From assembly GCA_900753975.1 (NCBI GenBank), contig CAAEBC010000038.1, positions 268 to 64,267 on the forward strand: a stretch of DNA of 64,000 bases, read 5' to 3'. Both the position numbers and the translations under genes were made by a program. Positions 9,121-18,347 of the stretch are shown in pieces. The notes beneath the pieces were generated by a model, which saw only the letters and a list, made by a program, of their open reading frames with translations, was not told where the DNA came from and ran no database searches. Positions within the stretch are counted from its first letter, which is position 1; each line of letters begins with the position of its first letter. Origin of the DNA: Clostridia bacterium (GTDB lineage Bacteria; Bacillota; Clostridia; TANB77; UBA1234).

Positions 9121-9299
9121 ATTTAAATAAATAACCTCTTTTTCTCAAATACTATAATTAGCTGCTGTGTAATATTATTGTAACATAAACTTAATAATAC
9201 TGTAATTGTAAAAAAAAGTTGAAAAATGTATAATTAACATAGTAGATTAACTAAAGAGAAAGGGAGGTTTCTTAGGTAACAGCAAATTACCTAGGTAAA

Positions 9300-10067
9300 G
9301 TGCGTATGGATACAAATACAGTTGATGTAAAAGCAGTTGAACTACAAAGACAAGTTCAAAAGCTTGAAAAATTAGAAAAGATGATTAATCCAAATAGTAA
9401 AAAATCACTTATTTTGTGGGAAGAAGATGACAGCTTCAAATCACTTATTTTTGGCATTGTTGAATATGCTAAAACATGTGATACAGAAGAAGCTTTTCCT
9501 GTAGAATTATTAGATAAATTAAATGCATTAGATAGTGACGTTAAGACTCAAATTATTGCGGGAAAGGAAAAAATAGAGTCTTTAAACGAACAAGCAAATA
9601 AAAACTTAGAACTAAGCAGACTTTTGTCTACAATATATATATCTGCAATGGCAGCCAATCCTTTAGATGAGTACGAAGAAGCGATTGCAAACAATCCAGA
9701 AATTACTGGAATGAAAGAATATTTACAAGCAATAGCTACTTGCGTATCAAATTCTGAAGAATATGTTAAAGCCGAAAAAACAATAAAATCTAAAATTAGC
9801 AATTTAGAAAATAGTGTTCATATAACTATAGATTTGGAAAGAACAACAAGCAAATCAGGAGCACTTGAGTATATTGCAAAAGAAATAGAACCAGCAATAA
9901 AAAGACTTCAAACTCTATACGATGAAAAATATTCTACAGTTGCAGATGGCGACGAAGACGTAGAAATGTCACTTGCACTTAGAAAAACCCTTAGAGAAAA
10001 AGTTTACGATGCTGTTATCAAACCATTTGCTTCATTATTTAAATGGAAAAAGAAAGCTAAAAATTAA
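9300..10067 (+). CDS. Hypothetical protein (coiled-coil-rich, about 255 aa)
   Basis: Long ORF with host-like composition, followed by a strong terminator. The start is uncertain (GTG 9300 or ATG 9306). Confidence 0.6.
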   Translation: MRMDTNTVDVKAVELQRQVQKLEKLEKMINPNSKKSLILWEEDDSFKSLIFGIVEYAKTCDTEEAFPVELLDKLNALDSDVKTQIIAGKEKIESLNEQANKNLELSRLLSTIYISAMAANPLDEYEEAIANNPEITGMKEYLQAIATCVSNSEEYVKAEKTIKSKISNLENSVHITIDLERTTSKSGALEYIAKEIEPAIKRLQTLYDEKYSTVADGDEDVEMSLALRKTLREKVYDAVIKPFASLFKWKKKAKN

Positions 10068-10083
10068 TTTTGTCTATACAAAA

Positions 10084-10118
10084 AAGATTGCAAACCCAAA
10101 GGTTTGCAATCTTTTTTT
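10084..10118 (+). terminator. Rho-independent terminator
   Basis: Stem AGATTGCAAACC/GGTTTGCAATCT, loop CAAA, followed by T7. Confidence 0.8.
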
Positions 10119-10139
10119 ATTGTGGTCAGAAAATATATT

Positions 10140-10249
10140 GAGGTATGATAATACTTTTAGTAGCGTTTTTTGTCAAGGTGGAGATTGCGAAGCAATACTA
10201 CCTTGACAAAACCTAGCGGATAAAAGTTTTATCATACCTTAGCACATAT
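10140..10249. repeat. Compound inverted repeat of about 110 nt (three-tier hairpin) between convergent genes
   Basis: Outer arms AGGTATGATAATACTTTT / AAAAGTTTTATCATACCT. Inner perfect arms TTGTCAAGGT / ACCTTGACAA. Apical mini-hairpin ATTGC-GAA-GCAAT. Confidence 0.6.
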
Positions 10250-10261
10250 ATATTTTGGGGT

Positions 10262-12631
10262 TTATTTGAGTATAGCAATAGTAACTCCAGAGTCGCCTTC
10301 ACCATACACCCCTAATCTAAACTCACTTACATGTGGATTAGATTTCAAATACGATTGAACTCCTTTTCTTAAAAGTCCTGTACCTTTTCCATGCACAATT
10401 CGTATTTCGTGCAAACCAGAAAGGTAAGCATCATCTATATATTTTTCTAACACAGCTGTAGCTTCGTCGACAGTCATTCCAAGTAAATTTATTTCTGTAG
10501 AAATATTTTGAGATTTTTTAACACTAGTTCTATTTCTTTGAGCAGTATTTTTATTAGTTAAATTTCGCTTTGGTTTTTCTATATTTGAAATGTGCATTGT
10601 TAGTTTTATAAGTCCAGATTGTACAACGACATTTCCGTTTTTATCTGGAAGAGACACTACTGTTACATTTTGGTCTATAGTAGGAACATACACTTCCATA
10701 CCTTTAAGAATTTCAGATACTTTAAGCGAATTTGAAGTGCTTTCTTTTGGAGCTAATAAATCTTTTTGTATCTCAGAAATACTCTTTTTAATTTTTTGTC
10801 TATTTTCTTCAGCTTTTTTATATTGGTCTTTTGAAGAAGTAGTTTTAATTTCTATTAAGTCTTTTATTATTTGATTTGCTTCTTCTTCAGCATTTAAAAG
10901 AATATCTCTAGCTTCGATTTTTGCTTTAGTTAAAATATCCGCTTTCTTTTGCAATATATCATCTTTAGTTTTTTGAGCAGTTTCTTTGATTGTTTTAGCT
11001 TCGTATAGCATCTTATCAGATAGTTCTTTTTGCTCTTTTATAGCTTTTTTATCTTGTTCGATATTTGTTAGGATATCTTCAAACTTAACATTCTCTTCAC
11101 TGATATAAGCACTTGCGTCACCTAGAATTTTATCTGATAATCCCAACTTTTTAGAAATTAGAAAGGCATTACTGCGACCTGGTACACCAATTAAAAGTTT
11201 ATATGTTGGTGTAAGTTTTTCAAAATCAAATTCACAGCAAGCATTTTCCATTCCGTTTTTTTGCATTGCAAAAGTTTTTAACTCACTATAGTGGGTGGTA
11301 GCAATAGTTCTACAATCAAAATCGTGTAAATAGCTTAAGATTGCTCTAGCAAGTGCACTTCCTTCAACGGGGTCTGTACCAGAACCAAGCTCATCTATTA
11401 AAACTAAATCTTTTTTGGTTATATTGTCTGTGATGTTAACTATGTTTGTCATGTGAGCAGAAAATGTACTAAGTGATTGTTCAATACTTTGCTCGTCGCC
11501 AATATCTGTGTAAACGTTATCAAAAACAGAAATCTCAGAGCTTTCACTTGCAGGAATATGTAATCCAGCTTCTGTCATTAAAGTAAGCAGACCGACAGTC
11601 TTTAATGTTACCGTTTTGCCGCCTGTATTTGGACCAGTAATTACTAAACAATTAAATTTATCGCCAAGCCATACATCAATAGGGACAACTGTTTTAGGAT
11701 TTAGTAGTGGATGTTTTGCCTTTTTTAAATTTATATAGCCTCTGTCATTTAATTTTGGCATAAATGCATCCATATCAAATGCAAGCTTTGCTTTTGCAAA
11801 TGCAAAATCTATTTTACCAATTAAAATAGTATTTTCTTGTAGTTCGTTTGTAATAGGGCTTACCATTTGAGATAGAAGAGCTAAAATACGTTCTATTTCA
11901 GTTTTTTCTTTTAATTGTAATTCTTTAATTTCATTATTTATATTAAAAATAGAAGTTGGCTCTATAAATATTGTGCTACCAGATGCAGAAGAGTCATGCA
12001 CTAAGCCGTTTATTTCATTTTTGTATTCTTGTTTTACTGGAATTACATATCTTCCATTTCTAAAAGTAACAACAGCATCTTGTAAGTATTTTGAAGTAGA
12101 AGAAGAGTGTATAAGATTATTTAGTTTGTCTTTGATTTTATTTTCTGCATCATGAATTTGCTTTCTAATTTTATGCAGCATAGGACTTGCGTAATCATCT
12201 AATTCAGTATCTGTTTTTATACATCTAAAGATTTCGCTTTCAAGATTTCTATTTGTATAGATTGCTTCAAAATAGTTATTTAATATTTCTATGCCATCTA
12301 TATCGTCGTTTTTATAATATTCTTTTATCTCTCTTGAAATTTTTAAAGTTGTTGCTACAGTAAGTAGCTCTTCAATATTTAAAACCCCACCAACATTTAG
12401 TTTGTTAATAATATTTTCTAAATTTGCGATAGGCGAGAGTGGTACACTATTTTTTCTTAAACTAAAAGAACAAGCTTCTTTTGTTTCTGTTTGAAGCATT
12501 TGCACAGTTTCTATATGGTTACTTGGTAATAGTTTTTCGGCAATTTCTTTGCCTATATATGTTACACAGTTTGATGACAATAAGCTTATTATTTTGTTAT
12601 ATTCCAAATTTTTTAAAGTTCTATTTTGCAT
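10262..12631 (-). CDS. mutS2: Endonuclease MutS2 (MutS ATPase plus C-terminal Smr domain)
   Basis: Walker A motif ITGPNTGGKT, DELGSGTDP, and a C-terminal Smr-like segment IRIVHGKGTGLLRKGV. Confidence 0.92.
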   Translation of the reverse strand: MQNRTLKNLEYNKIISLLSSNCVTYIGKEIAEKLLPSNHIETVQMLQTETKEACSFSLRKNSVPLSPIANLENIINKLNVGGVLNIEELLTVATTLKISREIKEYYKNDDIDGIEILNNYFEAIYTNRNLESEIFRCIKTDTELDDYASPMLHKIRKQIHDAENKIKDKLNNLIHSSSTSKYLQDAVVTFRNGRYVIPVKQEYKNEINGLVHDSSASGSTIFIEPTSIFNINNEIKELQLKEKTEIERILALLSQMVSPITNELQENTILIGKIDFAFAKAKLAFDMDAFMPKLNDRGYINLKKAKHPLLNPKTVVPIDVWLGDKFNCLVITGPNTGGKTVTLKTVGLLTLMTEAGLHIPASESSEISVFDNVYTDIGDEQSIEQSLSTFSAHMTNIVNITDNITKKDLVLIDELGSGTDPVEGSALARAILSYLHDFDCRTIATTHYSELKTFAMQKNGMENACCEFDFEKLTPTYKLLIGVPGRSNAFLISKKLGLSDKILGDASAYISEENVKFEDILTNIEQDKKAIKEQKELSDKMLYEAKTIKETAQKTKDDILQKKADILTKAKIEARDILLNAEEEANQIIKDLIEIKTTSSKDQYKKAEENRQKIKKSISEIQKDLLAPKESTSNSLKVSEILKGMEVYVPTIDQNVTVVSLPDKNGNVVVQSGLIKLTMHISNIEKPKRNLTNKNTAQRNRTSVKKSQNISTEINLLGMTVDEATAVLEKYIDDAYLSGLHEIRIVHGKGTGLLRKGVQSYLKSNPHVSEFRLGVYGEGDSGVTIAILK

Positions 12632-12792
12632 TTTAAGTTCCTTTCAAAATAAATTATTTTAGCATTATTATTACACAAAAATGCCTAAAAATCAATAGCA
12701 TGGGCTTGACTAAATAGGAAGGTCTATGCTAAAATATGGGCGAAAAGGGTATCTATGATCTTCGGACTTTAATTAAGGGAGGATGGTATCTA

Positions 12793-13227
12793 ATGGGTAA
12801 AAGCAAGATGACTGCTGAGGAAAAACTCATTAACATTTTGTTTGAAAATTGTTATGAAAAGCCGTTACCTAGAGAAGATGATGAGTTGTTTTTCGTCTTA
12901 GTTGGCATTGATCTAGCAAAGAACTCTTGCAAATTCGCAAAAAGAGTTATGGATACACAAACTTTTAGCTTGCAGTCTGAACTTGAAAAGAGACGTAATG
13001 AGCAAAAGATTAAGATGCTTTCTGAATGTTATCAGAATTTCATGGAATACGTCTGTGAAGTTAAGGGATTTCCGAAGAAAGATAGGGCAGAACTTTACGG
13101 TAATTGGTATAGAATGATGATAAAGAAATATGAAGAGAACCAAAAAGTATGGTATAAACGTATAAAAGAAGAGACATATTACGTTTTGGCTGTTAATGAT
13201 ATGCAGATGCAAAAAATGGGTATATAG
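12793..13227 (+). CDS. Hypothetical protein (144 aa)
   Basis: AGGGAGG RBS 9 nt before the ATG at 12793. Followed by a bidirectional terminator. Confidence 0.55.
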   Translation: MGKSKMTAEEKLINILFENCYEKPLPREDDELFFVLVGIDLAKNSCKFAKRVMDTQTFSLQSELEKRRNEQKIKMLSECYQNFMEYVCEVKGFPKKDRAELYGNWYRMMIKKYEENQKVWYKRIKEETYYVLAVNDMQMQKMGI

Positions 13228-13263
13228 AAAAAAGAACTTCCGAATTTGGAAGTTCTTTTTTTG
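13226..13263. terminator. Bidirectional rho-independent terminator
   Basis: Stem AAGAACTTCC/GGAAGTTCTT flanked by an A-run and a T-run, between convergent genes. Confidence 0.75.
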
Positions 13264-13264
13264 A

Positions 13265-14197
13265 CTATTCTTTTGTAATTTCTTTTAAAGTACCAAGTCC
13301 TGCAAGAGTGTTTGTAGCATCGAAAGGAATAAACACTTTGTTTGCACTACCGTTTGCAACTTTTTCTAATGCTTCCAAAGTTTTAATTGCAACTAGTTTG
13401 TCATCCGGATTTGAAGCTTTTATAGCACCATATACGTATTCGATTTCTTTTGCTTTAGCTTGTGCTAATTTTTCAATAGCTTCAGCCTCACCGGCAGCTT
13501 GAAGGATGGTAGATTGTCTAGCACCTTCAGCTCTTCTAATTTCAGCTTCTCTGTCAGCATCTGCATCAAGAATTCTTGCTTCTTTTTGACCTTCTGCGAT
13601 AGTAATAGCAGATTGCTTTTCACCTTCAGCTTGAAGGATTGCAGCTCTTTTTGTTCTTTCAGCATTCATTTGTTTTTCCATTGCTTCTCTAATATCCTTT
13701 GGAGGATCGATGTCTTTTATTTCTACACGATTAACTTTACAACCCCATTTGTCTGTAGCTTCATCAAGGATTTGACGAAGTTGGAAGTTGATTTGTTCTC
13801 TTGAACTAAATGTGCTATCTAAGTCCATCTTACCAACAACGTCACGGATTGTGGTTGTTGTAAGGTATCTGATACCGTTTTGTAAATTTTCAATTTCATA
13901 AACAGCTTTTTTAGCATCTGTTATTTGGAAGAATACAACTGTATCAATTCTAATTGTAACGTTATCTTTTGTGATAACACTTTGTGGTTGAACGTCCATT
14001 GTTTGTTCTTTCAAGCTAACTGTTGCACGAACTCTATCTAAAAATGGAACGATAATATTTAATCCTGCTGTAGCAGTTTTTAAATATCTACCAACTCTTT
14101 CGATAATCATTACTTCTGATTGAGTAACTACTTTAAATGATTTAATTGCAACTATTAAGATAATTATTATTGCTATAATAAAAAACGTTGGTCCCAT
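13265..14197 (-). CDS. SPFH/band 7 (stomatin/HflK/C-like) membrane protein
   Basis: N-terminal TM segment, an SPFH core (VVTQSEVMIIERVGRY..., TKDNV...D) and an Ala/Glu-rich C-terminal coiled coil. Confidence 0.85.
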   Translation of the reverse strand: MGPTFFIIAIIIILIVAIKSFKVVTQSEVMIIERVGRYLKTATAGLNIIVPFLDRVRATVSLKEQTMDVQPQSVITKDNVTIRIDTVVFFQITDAKKAVYEIENLQNGIRYLTTTTIRDVVGKMDLDSTFSSREQINFQLRQILDEATDKWGCKVNRVEIKDIDPPKDIREAMEKQMNAERTKRAAILQAEGEKQSAITIAEGQKEARILDADADREAEIRRAEGARQSTILQAAGEAEAIEKLAQAKAKEIEYVYGAIKASNPDDKLVAIKTLEALEKVANGSANKVFIPFDATNTLAGLGTLKEITKE

Positions 14198-14226
14198 AGG
14201 TTTAAACCTCCTTAAAATTTTAAATT

Positions 14227-14658
14227 TTATACTTTTTTAACAACTGTTTTAACTCCATCAATTCTAAGTATTTCAACTGTCGAACCTTCTGGAATAATCT
14301 CATCATCTTCATCTTCTGTTTTAGCAGACCAAATGTCTCCATCGATTTTTATCTGACCTTCTCCTTTTATATTATTTATTGCGTAAGAAACGGTAGCCTT
14401 TTTACCAATGATAGAGTACACATTAGTAGGAGTTGTTTTTGGCTCTACTTTTTTTGCAAACTTTCTTGTGCAAAGTACTAGAATAGTTGATGAAATAGCA
14501 AATGTGGCTATTTGAATTAAAAAATTGTCACAGAAGAAACTTAAGCACATAGAGATTAATGCACCAACTCCATACCAAAATACAAGAAAGCCTTCTGTAG
14601 CAATTTCAATTATAAAACATATACCAGCAAGTATAAGCCACCATGTCCATATTTCCAT
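14227..14658 (-). CDS. NfeD-family membrane protein (partner of SPFH proteins)
   Basis: GGAGGGG RBS before the ATG at 14658. Two to three TM helices plus a C-terminal OB-like segment (GEGQIKIDGDIWSAK). Lies immediately upstream of the SPFH gene. Confidence 0.8.
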   Translation of the reverse strand: MEIWTWWLILAGICFIIEIATEGFLVFWYGVGALISMCLSFFCDNFLIQIATFAISSTILVLCTRKFAKKVEPKTTPTNVYSIIGKKATVSYAINNIKGEGQIKIDGDIWSAKTEDEDDEIIPEGSTVEILRIDGVKTVVKKV

Positions 14659-14820
14659 TTTTTCCCCTCCTTTTTCGTGTAATATACACACAATAAAATT
14701 ATATAATAAACTATTAAAAAAAGAAATAGAAAGTTTATAAAAAATATATTTATTTTATTGATTTAATGTAAGTTTTTGTATATCATTTAAGTATAAATTT
14801 AAGGAGGTACGAAAAGCAAT

Positions 14821-16500
14821 ATGAAAAACATTTTACTTATAAAAAATATTATAATAATAGTTATAACACTATTTATAGCAATATTTATATTTAAAACAGC
14901 TCCTTATTATGAGCCTAGAGAAAAATTTGAAGAAGGAGTTACGAGGCTTGTTGTAGACAGCAAAGATATTACTAATTCAATAAAAAATAATGTTTTTGTT
15001 GAAGATGATGTAATAATGATGCCAAGTAGCCTTGCAATAAAATATTTTAATATTTATGTATATTATGATGAACCGTATGATACAGCCATCATAACTTCAG
15101 CAACAGATGTTGGTAAAGTTAAGCTTGGTGAAAATAGAATATATTTAAACGGAAATTATGAATCTTTAAAAGGCACAGTAAAAAAGATAAATGATGTTTT
15201 ATATGTTCCTATAAGTTCACTTGATAAATTTTATGATGCAACAGTTTATTTTGACGAAAAAGTAATTGTAACTACAACTGATGGTTGGGAAAGAATACAT
15301 ACAGTAAAAGTTTCTGAAAAAGAAAAATTAAAATCATATAAAAAAGAACTATCTAGAACGACTGGAATTGCAGAGAAAGACGAGCTTTTATATCTTTTTG
15401 ACGAACAAACAATCAGTGGTGATTACATAGTTGCTAGAAATGAAAGAGGCGATATAGGATATATAAAATTAGACAAAGTAAAAAATAACGAAACAGTTGC
15501 GAATTTATATACTAAACCAGATGAAGTAAAAAGAAAAGAAAAAATATCACTTGCTTGGGAGTATGCAGAAAACTTTACACCAGATAGAACAGGAGAAGCA
15601 AAGATAGAAGGATTAAACATTCTTTCTCCTACATGGTTATATTTAAGCAAAGATTATACACTAAAAACAACTACTGATAGTAATTATATAAGATGGGCAA
15701 GAAGTAGAAATTATGAGCTTTGGCCAACTTTAAAAAATGATGGAAGAAGTTTAGAAGAAGTATCGAAATTTGTAAACGATATGAAAGCAAGAGAAAGTTT
15801 TATAAATGAAGTTACATCTTATGCTGTTAAAAACGGATTTGAAGGTGTAAACATAGATTTTGAATACATGTACAAAAAAGATAAAGATGTATTTTCAGAA
15901 TTTGTAAGAGAACTTTCAGCAAACTTAAGAAGAAATAACATAATAGTTTCTGTAGACGTGACAGTTCCAGGAGGAAGTGATAATTATTCACTATGTTACG
16001 ACAGACCAGCACTTGCAAAAGCAGTAGACTACATGATGTTAATGGCTTATGACCAATACGGAACATGGTGCATAGGTACAGAAAAACATGGACCTACAGC
16101 TTCATTAGAATGGGTAGAAAGCAACTTAGAAACAATGCTTGGATATGAGGGAGTTAGCAAAGAAAAACTAGTTTTGTGTATACCTTTTTATTATAGGTCT
16201 TGGCTTGTAAATAAAGATACAGGTAAAACAAAAACTACGGCTACATATTATATTAAAGGAGCAAAGGATATTTTAGAAAAGTATAAAAATATCGCAGTTT
16301 GGGATGAGGTAGATGGTCAGTATTACGTAGAAACTCCAGAAGGCACTTCTATTCGTAAAATTTGGGTAGAAAGCGAAGAGTCATTAAAGAAAAAATTAGA
16401 AGCAGCTAAGAAATACGATTTAGCCGGAATTGCTGCTTGGAGACTTGGTTATGAAAGTAGTGAAGAATGGAAAACAATAAATAATGAATACATGAAATAA
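14821..16500 (+). CDS. Glycoside hydrolase family 18 (YdhD/YaaH-like peptidoglycan/chitin hydrolase) with an N-terminal membrane anchor and a stalk domain
   Basis: GH18 catalytic motif GVNIDFEYM. AAGGAGG RBS. Confidence 0.75.
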   Translation: MKNILLIKNIIIIVITLFIAIFIFKTAPYYEPREKFEEGVTRLVVDSKDITNSIKNNVFVEDDVIMMPSSLAIKYFNIYVYYDEPYDTAIITSATDVGKVKLGENRIYLNGNYESLKGTVKKINDVLYVPISSLDKFYDATVYFDEKVIVTTTDGWERIHTVKVSEKEKLKSYKKELSRTTGIAEKDELLYLFDEQTISGDYIVARNERGDIGYIKLDKVKNNETVANLYTKPDEVKRKEKISLAWEYAENFTPDRTGEAKIEGLNILSPTWLYLSKDYTLKTTTDSNYIRWARSRNYELWPTLKNDGRSLEEVSKFVNDMKARESFINEVTSYAVKNGFEGVNIDFEYMYKKDKDVFSEFVRELSANLRRNNIIVSVDVTVPGGSDNYSLCYDRPALAKAVDYMMLMAYDQYGTWCIGTEKHGPTASLEWVESNLETMLGYEGVSKEKLVLCIPFYYRSWLVNKDTGKTKTTATYYIKGAKDILEKYKNIAVWDEVDGQYYVETPEGTSIRKIWVESEESLKKKLEAAKKYDLAGIAAWRLGYESSEEWKTINNEYMK

Positions 16501-16517
16501 ATTTAGCAGTATTTTAA

Positions 16518-16560
16518 GAGACGGCGAGAAAAGGGGACGGAGGAAAATTCTCGCCGTCCC
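16518..16560 (+). repeat. GGGACGG-box repeat, copy A (also forms the hairpin after the GH18 gene)
   Basis: GACGGCGAGA...GGGGACGGAGGAAAATTCTCGCCGTCCC. Shares GGGACGGAGGAAAATTCTC with copies B, C and D. Confidence 0.6.
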
Positions 16561-16640
16561 TTAGTTTTAATTGAAAATTAGTTATAAAGTTAAAGGGGAG
16601 ATAATATATTTAGATTAGATTTTAAAAGGAGGAATTAAAT

Positions 16641-17510
16641 ATGTCTTATGCAATAGTTGACTATTCAAATAAAAGCTATTTGGGAATTCTAAAAGTTAGC
16701 AGTAATACCATCGGCGAAATTAGCATTTCAATGCCTCCGTTTAAAAATAATAAATCAAAAAAATATGCACTCAAACTTGTAAAACTATTAAACAAAAATA
16801 AAATTGAAAATGTTGTCTTGAGTGAAAAACTATTGTCAAACTCTATTTTTTGTGGAGAACTAATAAAAAATAGAAAATACATAGTAACCGGTAGACGATT
16901 ATATAAAGTCCTACTTTGCAGAATGTTAAATGATATTGCTAAACAGATGGACGTAAGCATTCAGAAATTAAAAGTTGTGCTACTTGTGAAAGAATACTCA
17001 TTAGAAAGTATGGACTTAATTAATAATATAGCCAAAAATGTTAAATCACTTATCATAGTAACAAACGACGCAGACAGATACAGAAGACTTGCAGAAGAAC
17101 TTTTCGAAAAATATGGAATAATACTTAAAGTATTTGAAAAAGAAAAAACAAATTTCAAATATGCTCATATAGTTATAAATATAGATTTTTTAAGCGAAGA
17201 ACTAAACAAAATAGCAGTAAACCCAAATTCACTTGTAATCTGTGGATTTGCAAAAAAATATAAACCAAAGAATAATTTTAATGGAATTGTTATAAAATAT
17301 GTTGACATTATATCAGGAAGAGAAGAAATACCAGGAGTTGACAATTTAGCAATTTGCGAAGTCAAAATATACAACTATTTACGAAAGATAAAAGAGAATG
17401 ACAGAGTTTTTGAAAGAGAAGGGTATAGAATAAACGGATATTTTGGCGAAAATGGTAAAATAATGTCAGATGAATTCCTAAAACTGGGAAAAAATATACT
17501 TGACAAATAA
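16641..17510 (+). CDS. Hypothetical protein (289 aa)
   Basis: AAGGAGG RBS. Long ORF with host-like composition. No family recognised. Confidence 0.6.
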   Translation: MSYAIVDYSNKSYLGILKVSSNTIGEISISMPPFKNNKSKKYALKLVKLLNKNKIENVVLSEKLLSNSIFCGELIKNRKYIVTGRRLYKVLLCRMLNDIAKQMDVSIQKLKVVLLVKEYSLESMDLINNIAKNVKSLIIVTNDADRYRRLAEELFEKYGIILKVFEKEKTNFKYAHIVINIDFLSEELNKIAVNPNSLVICGFAKKYKPKNNFNGIVIKYVDIISGREEIPGVDNLAICEVKIYNYLRKIKENDRVFEREGYRINGYFGENGKIMSDEFLKLGKNILDK

Positions 17511-17612
17511 ATTTTAAATGCGTATCATATAACGGTATACATTATAAACATTCATGGAAAGGAAAGTTTTGTTTCCTATACACATGATAAGATAAAAAGG
17601 AGATTGATAAAT

Positions 17613-18089
17613 ATGCCACAAAAAGAAACATTATTGACATATGAAGGACTAAAAAAATTAGAAGAGGAATTAGAATACTTAAAAACAGAAAAAAGAAGAG
17701 AAGTAGCAGAAAGAATTAAAGTTGCACTTGGATTTGGAGATTTATCAGAAAACTCAGAATATGATGAGGCAAAAAACGAACAAGCTCAAGTGGAAATGAA
17801 AATAGTAGATTTAGAAAACAAACTTAGAAACGTTAAAATTATCGACGAAGATGAAATAGACACAAAAACAGTTCAAGTTGGTAATACAGTTCAAGTTTTA
17901 GATATGGAATACGATGAAAAAATTGATTACACAATAGTTGGTTCAGAAGAAGCAGATTTATTAGAAAACAAAATTTCAAACGAATCACCAATCGGCAAAG
18001 CTTTACTTGGAAAAAAGAAAAACGAGGTAGTTGAAGTAGAAGCACCTGGTGGTTTACTTTCTTTTAAGATTTTAAAGATAACAAAATAG
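17613..18089 (+). CDS. greA: Transcription elongation factor GreA
   Basis: Translation [17 protein letters not shown]...[40 protein letters not shown] before the ATG at 17613. Confidence 0.93.
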   Translation: MPQKETLLTYEGLKKLEEELEYLKTEKRREVAERIKVALGFGDLSENSEYDEAKNEQAQVEMKIVDLENKLRNVKIIDEDEIDTKTVQVGNTVQVLDMEYDEKIDYTIVGSEEADLLENKISNESPIGKALLGKKKNEVVEVEAPGGLLSFKILKITK

Positions 18090-18138
18090 TATTAAATCAC
18101 TATCATTAATTTGTAATGTGAGGTATTTTAAAGTATGT

Positions 18139-18184
18139 ATTGAGATATAAGGGTAAAAGAGGCCCCTGTATCTCAATATTTTTA
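18139..18184 (+). terminator. Rho-independent terminator after greA
   Basis: Stem ATTGAGATA/TATCTCAAT followed by ATTTTT. Confidence 0.55.
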
Positions 18185-18347
18185 TGTGTAAGTTTTACTT
18201 TTTGAAATTTGATATTAAAGTAATTTTTAACATTATCTAAACTTGATTTCTTAAAGTAATAGTGCTAATCTAATTTTAGAGAAAATGGTCAATATTTAAA
18301 ATTGATGGAATACTTGAGTTTGAATTTAAAGTGTAGGAGAAAAACAT

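Noticed and set aside
9973-10206. 77-aa + strand ORF spanning the end of the 9300-10067 gene, its terminator and the long hairpin.
   Set aside because: It runs through a rho-independent terminator and an inverted repeat, and it has no RBS.
13265-14658. The SPFH/NfeD gene pair, considered as a candidate novel membrane or defence system.
   Set aside because: This is a widespread, well-known conserved operon (stomatin-like protein plus NfeD partner). Nothing in its sequence or context looks unusual here.
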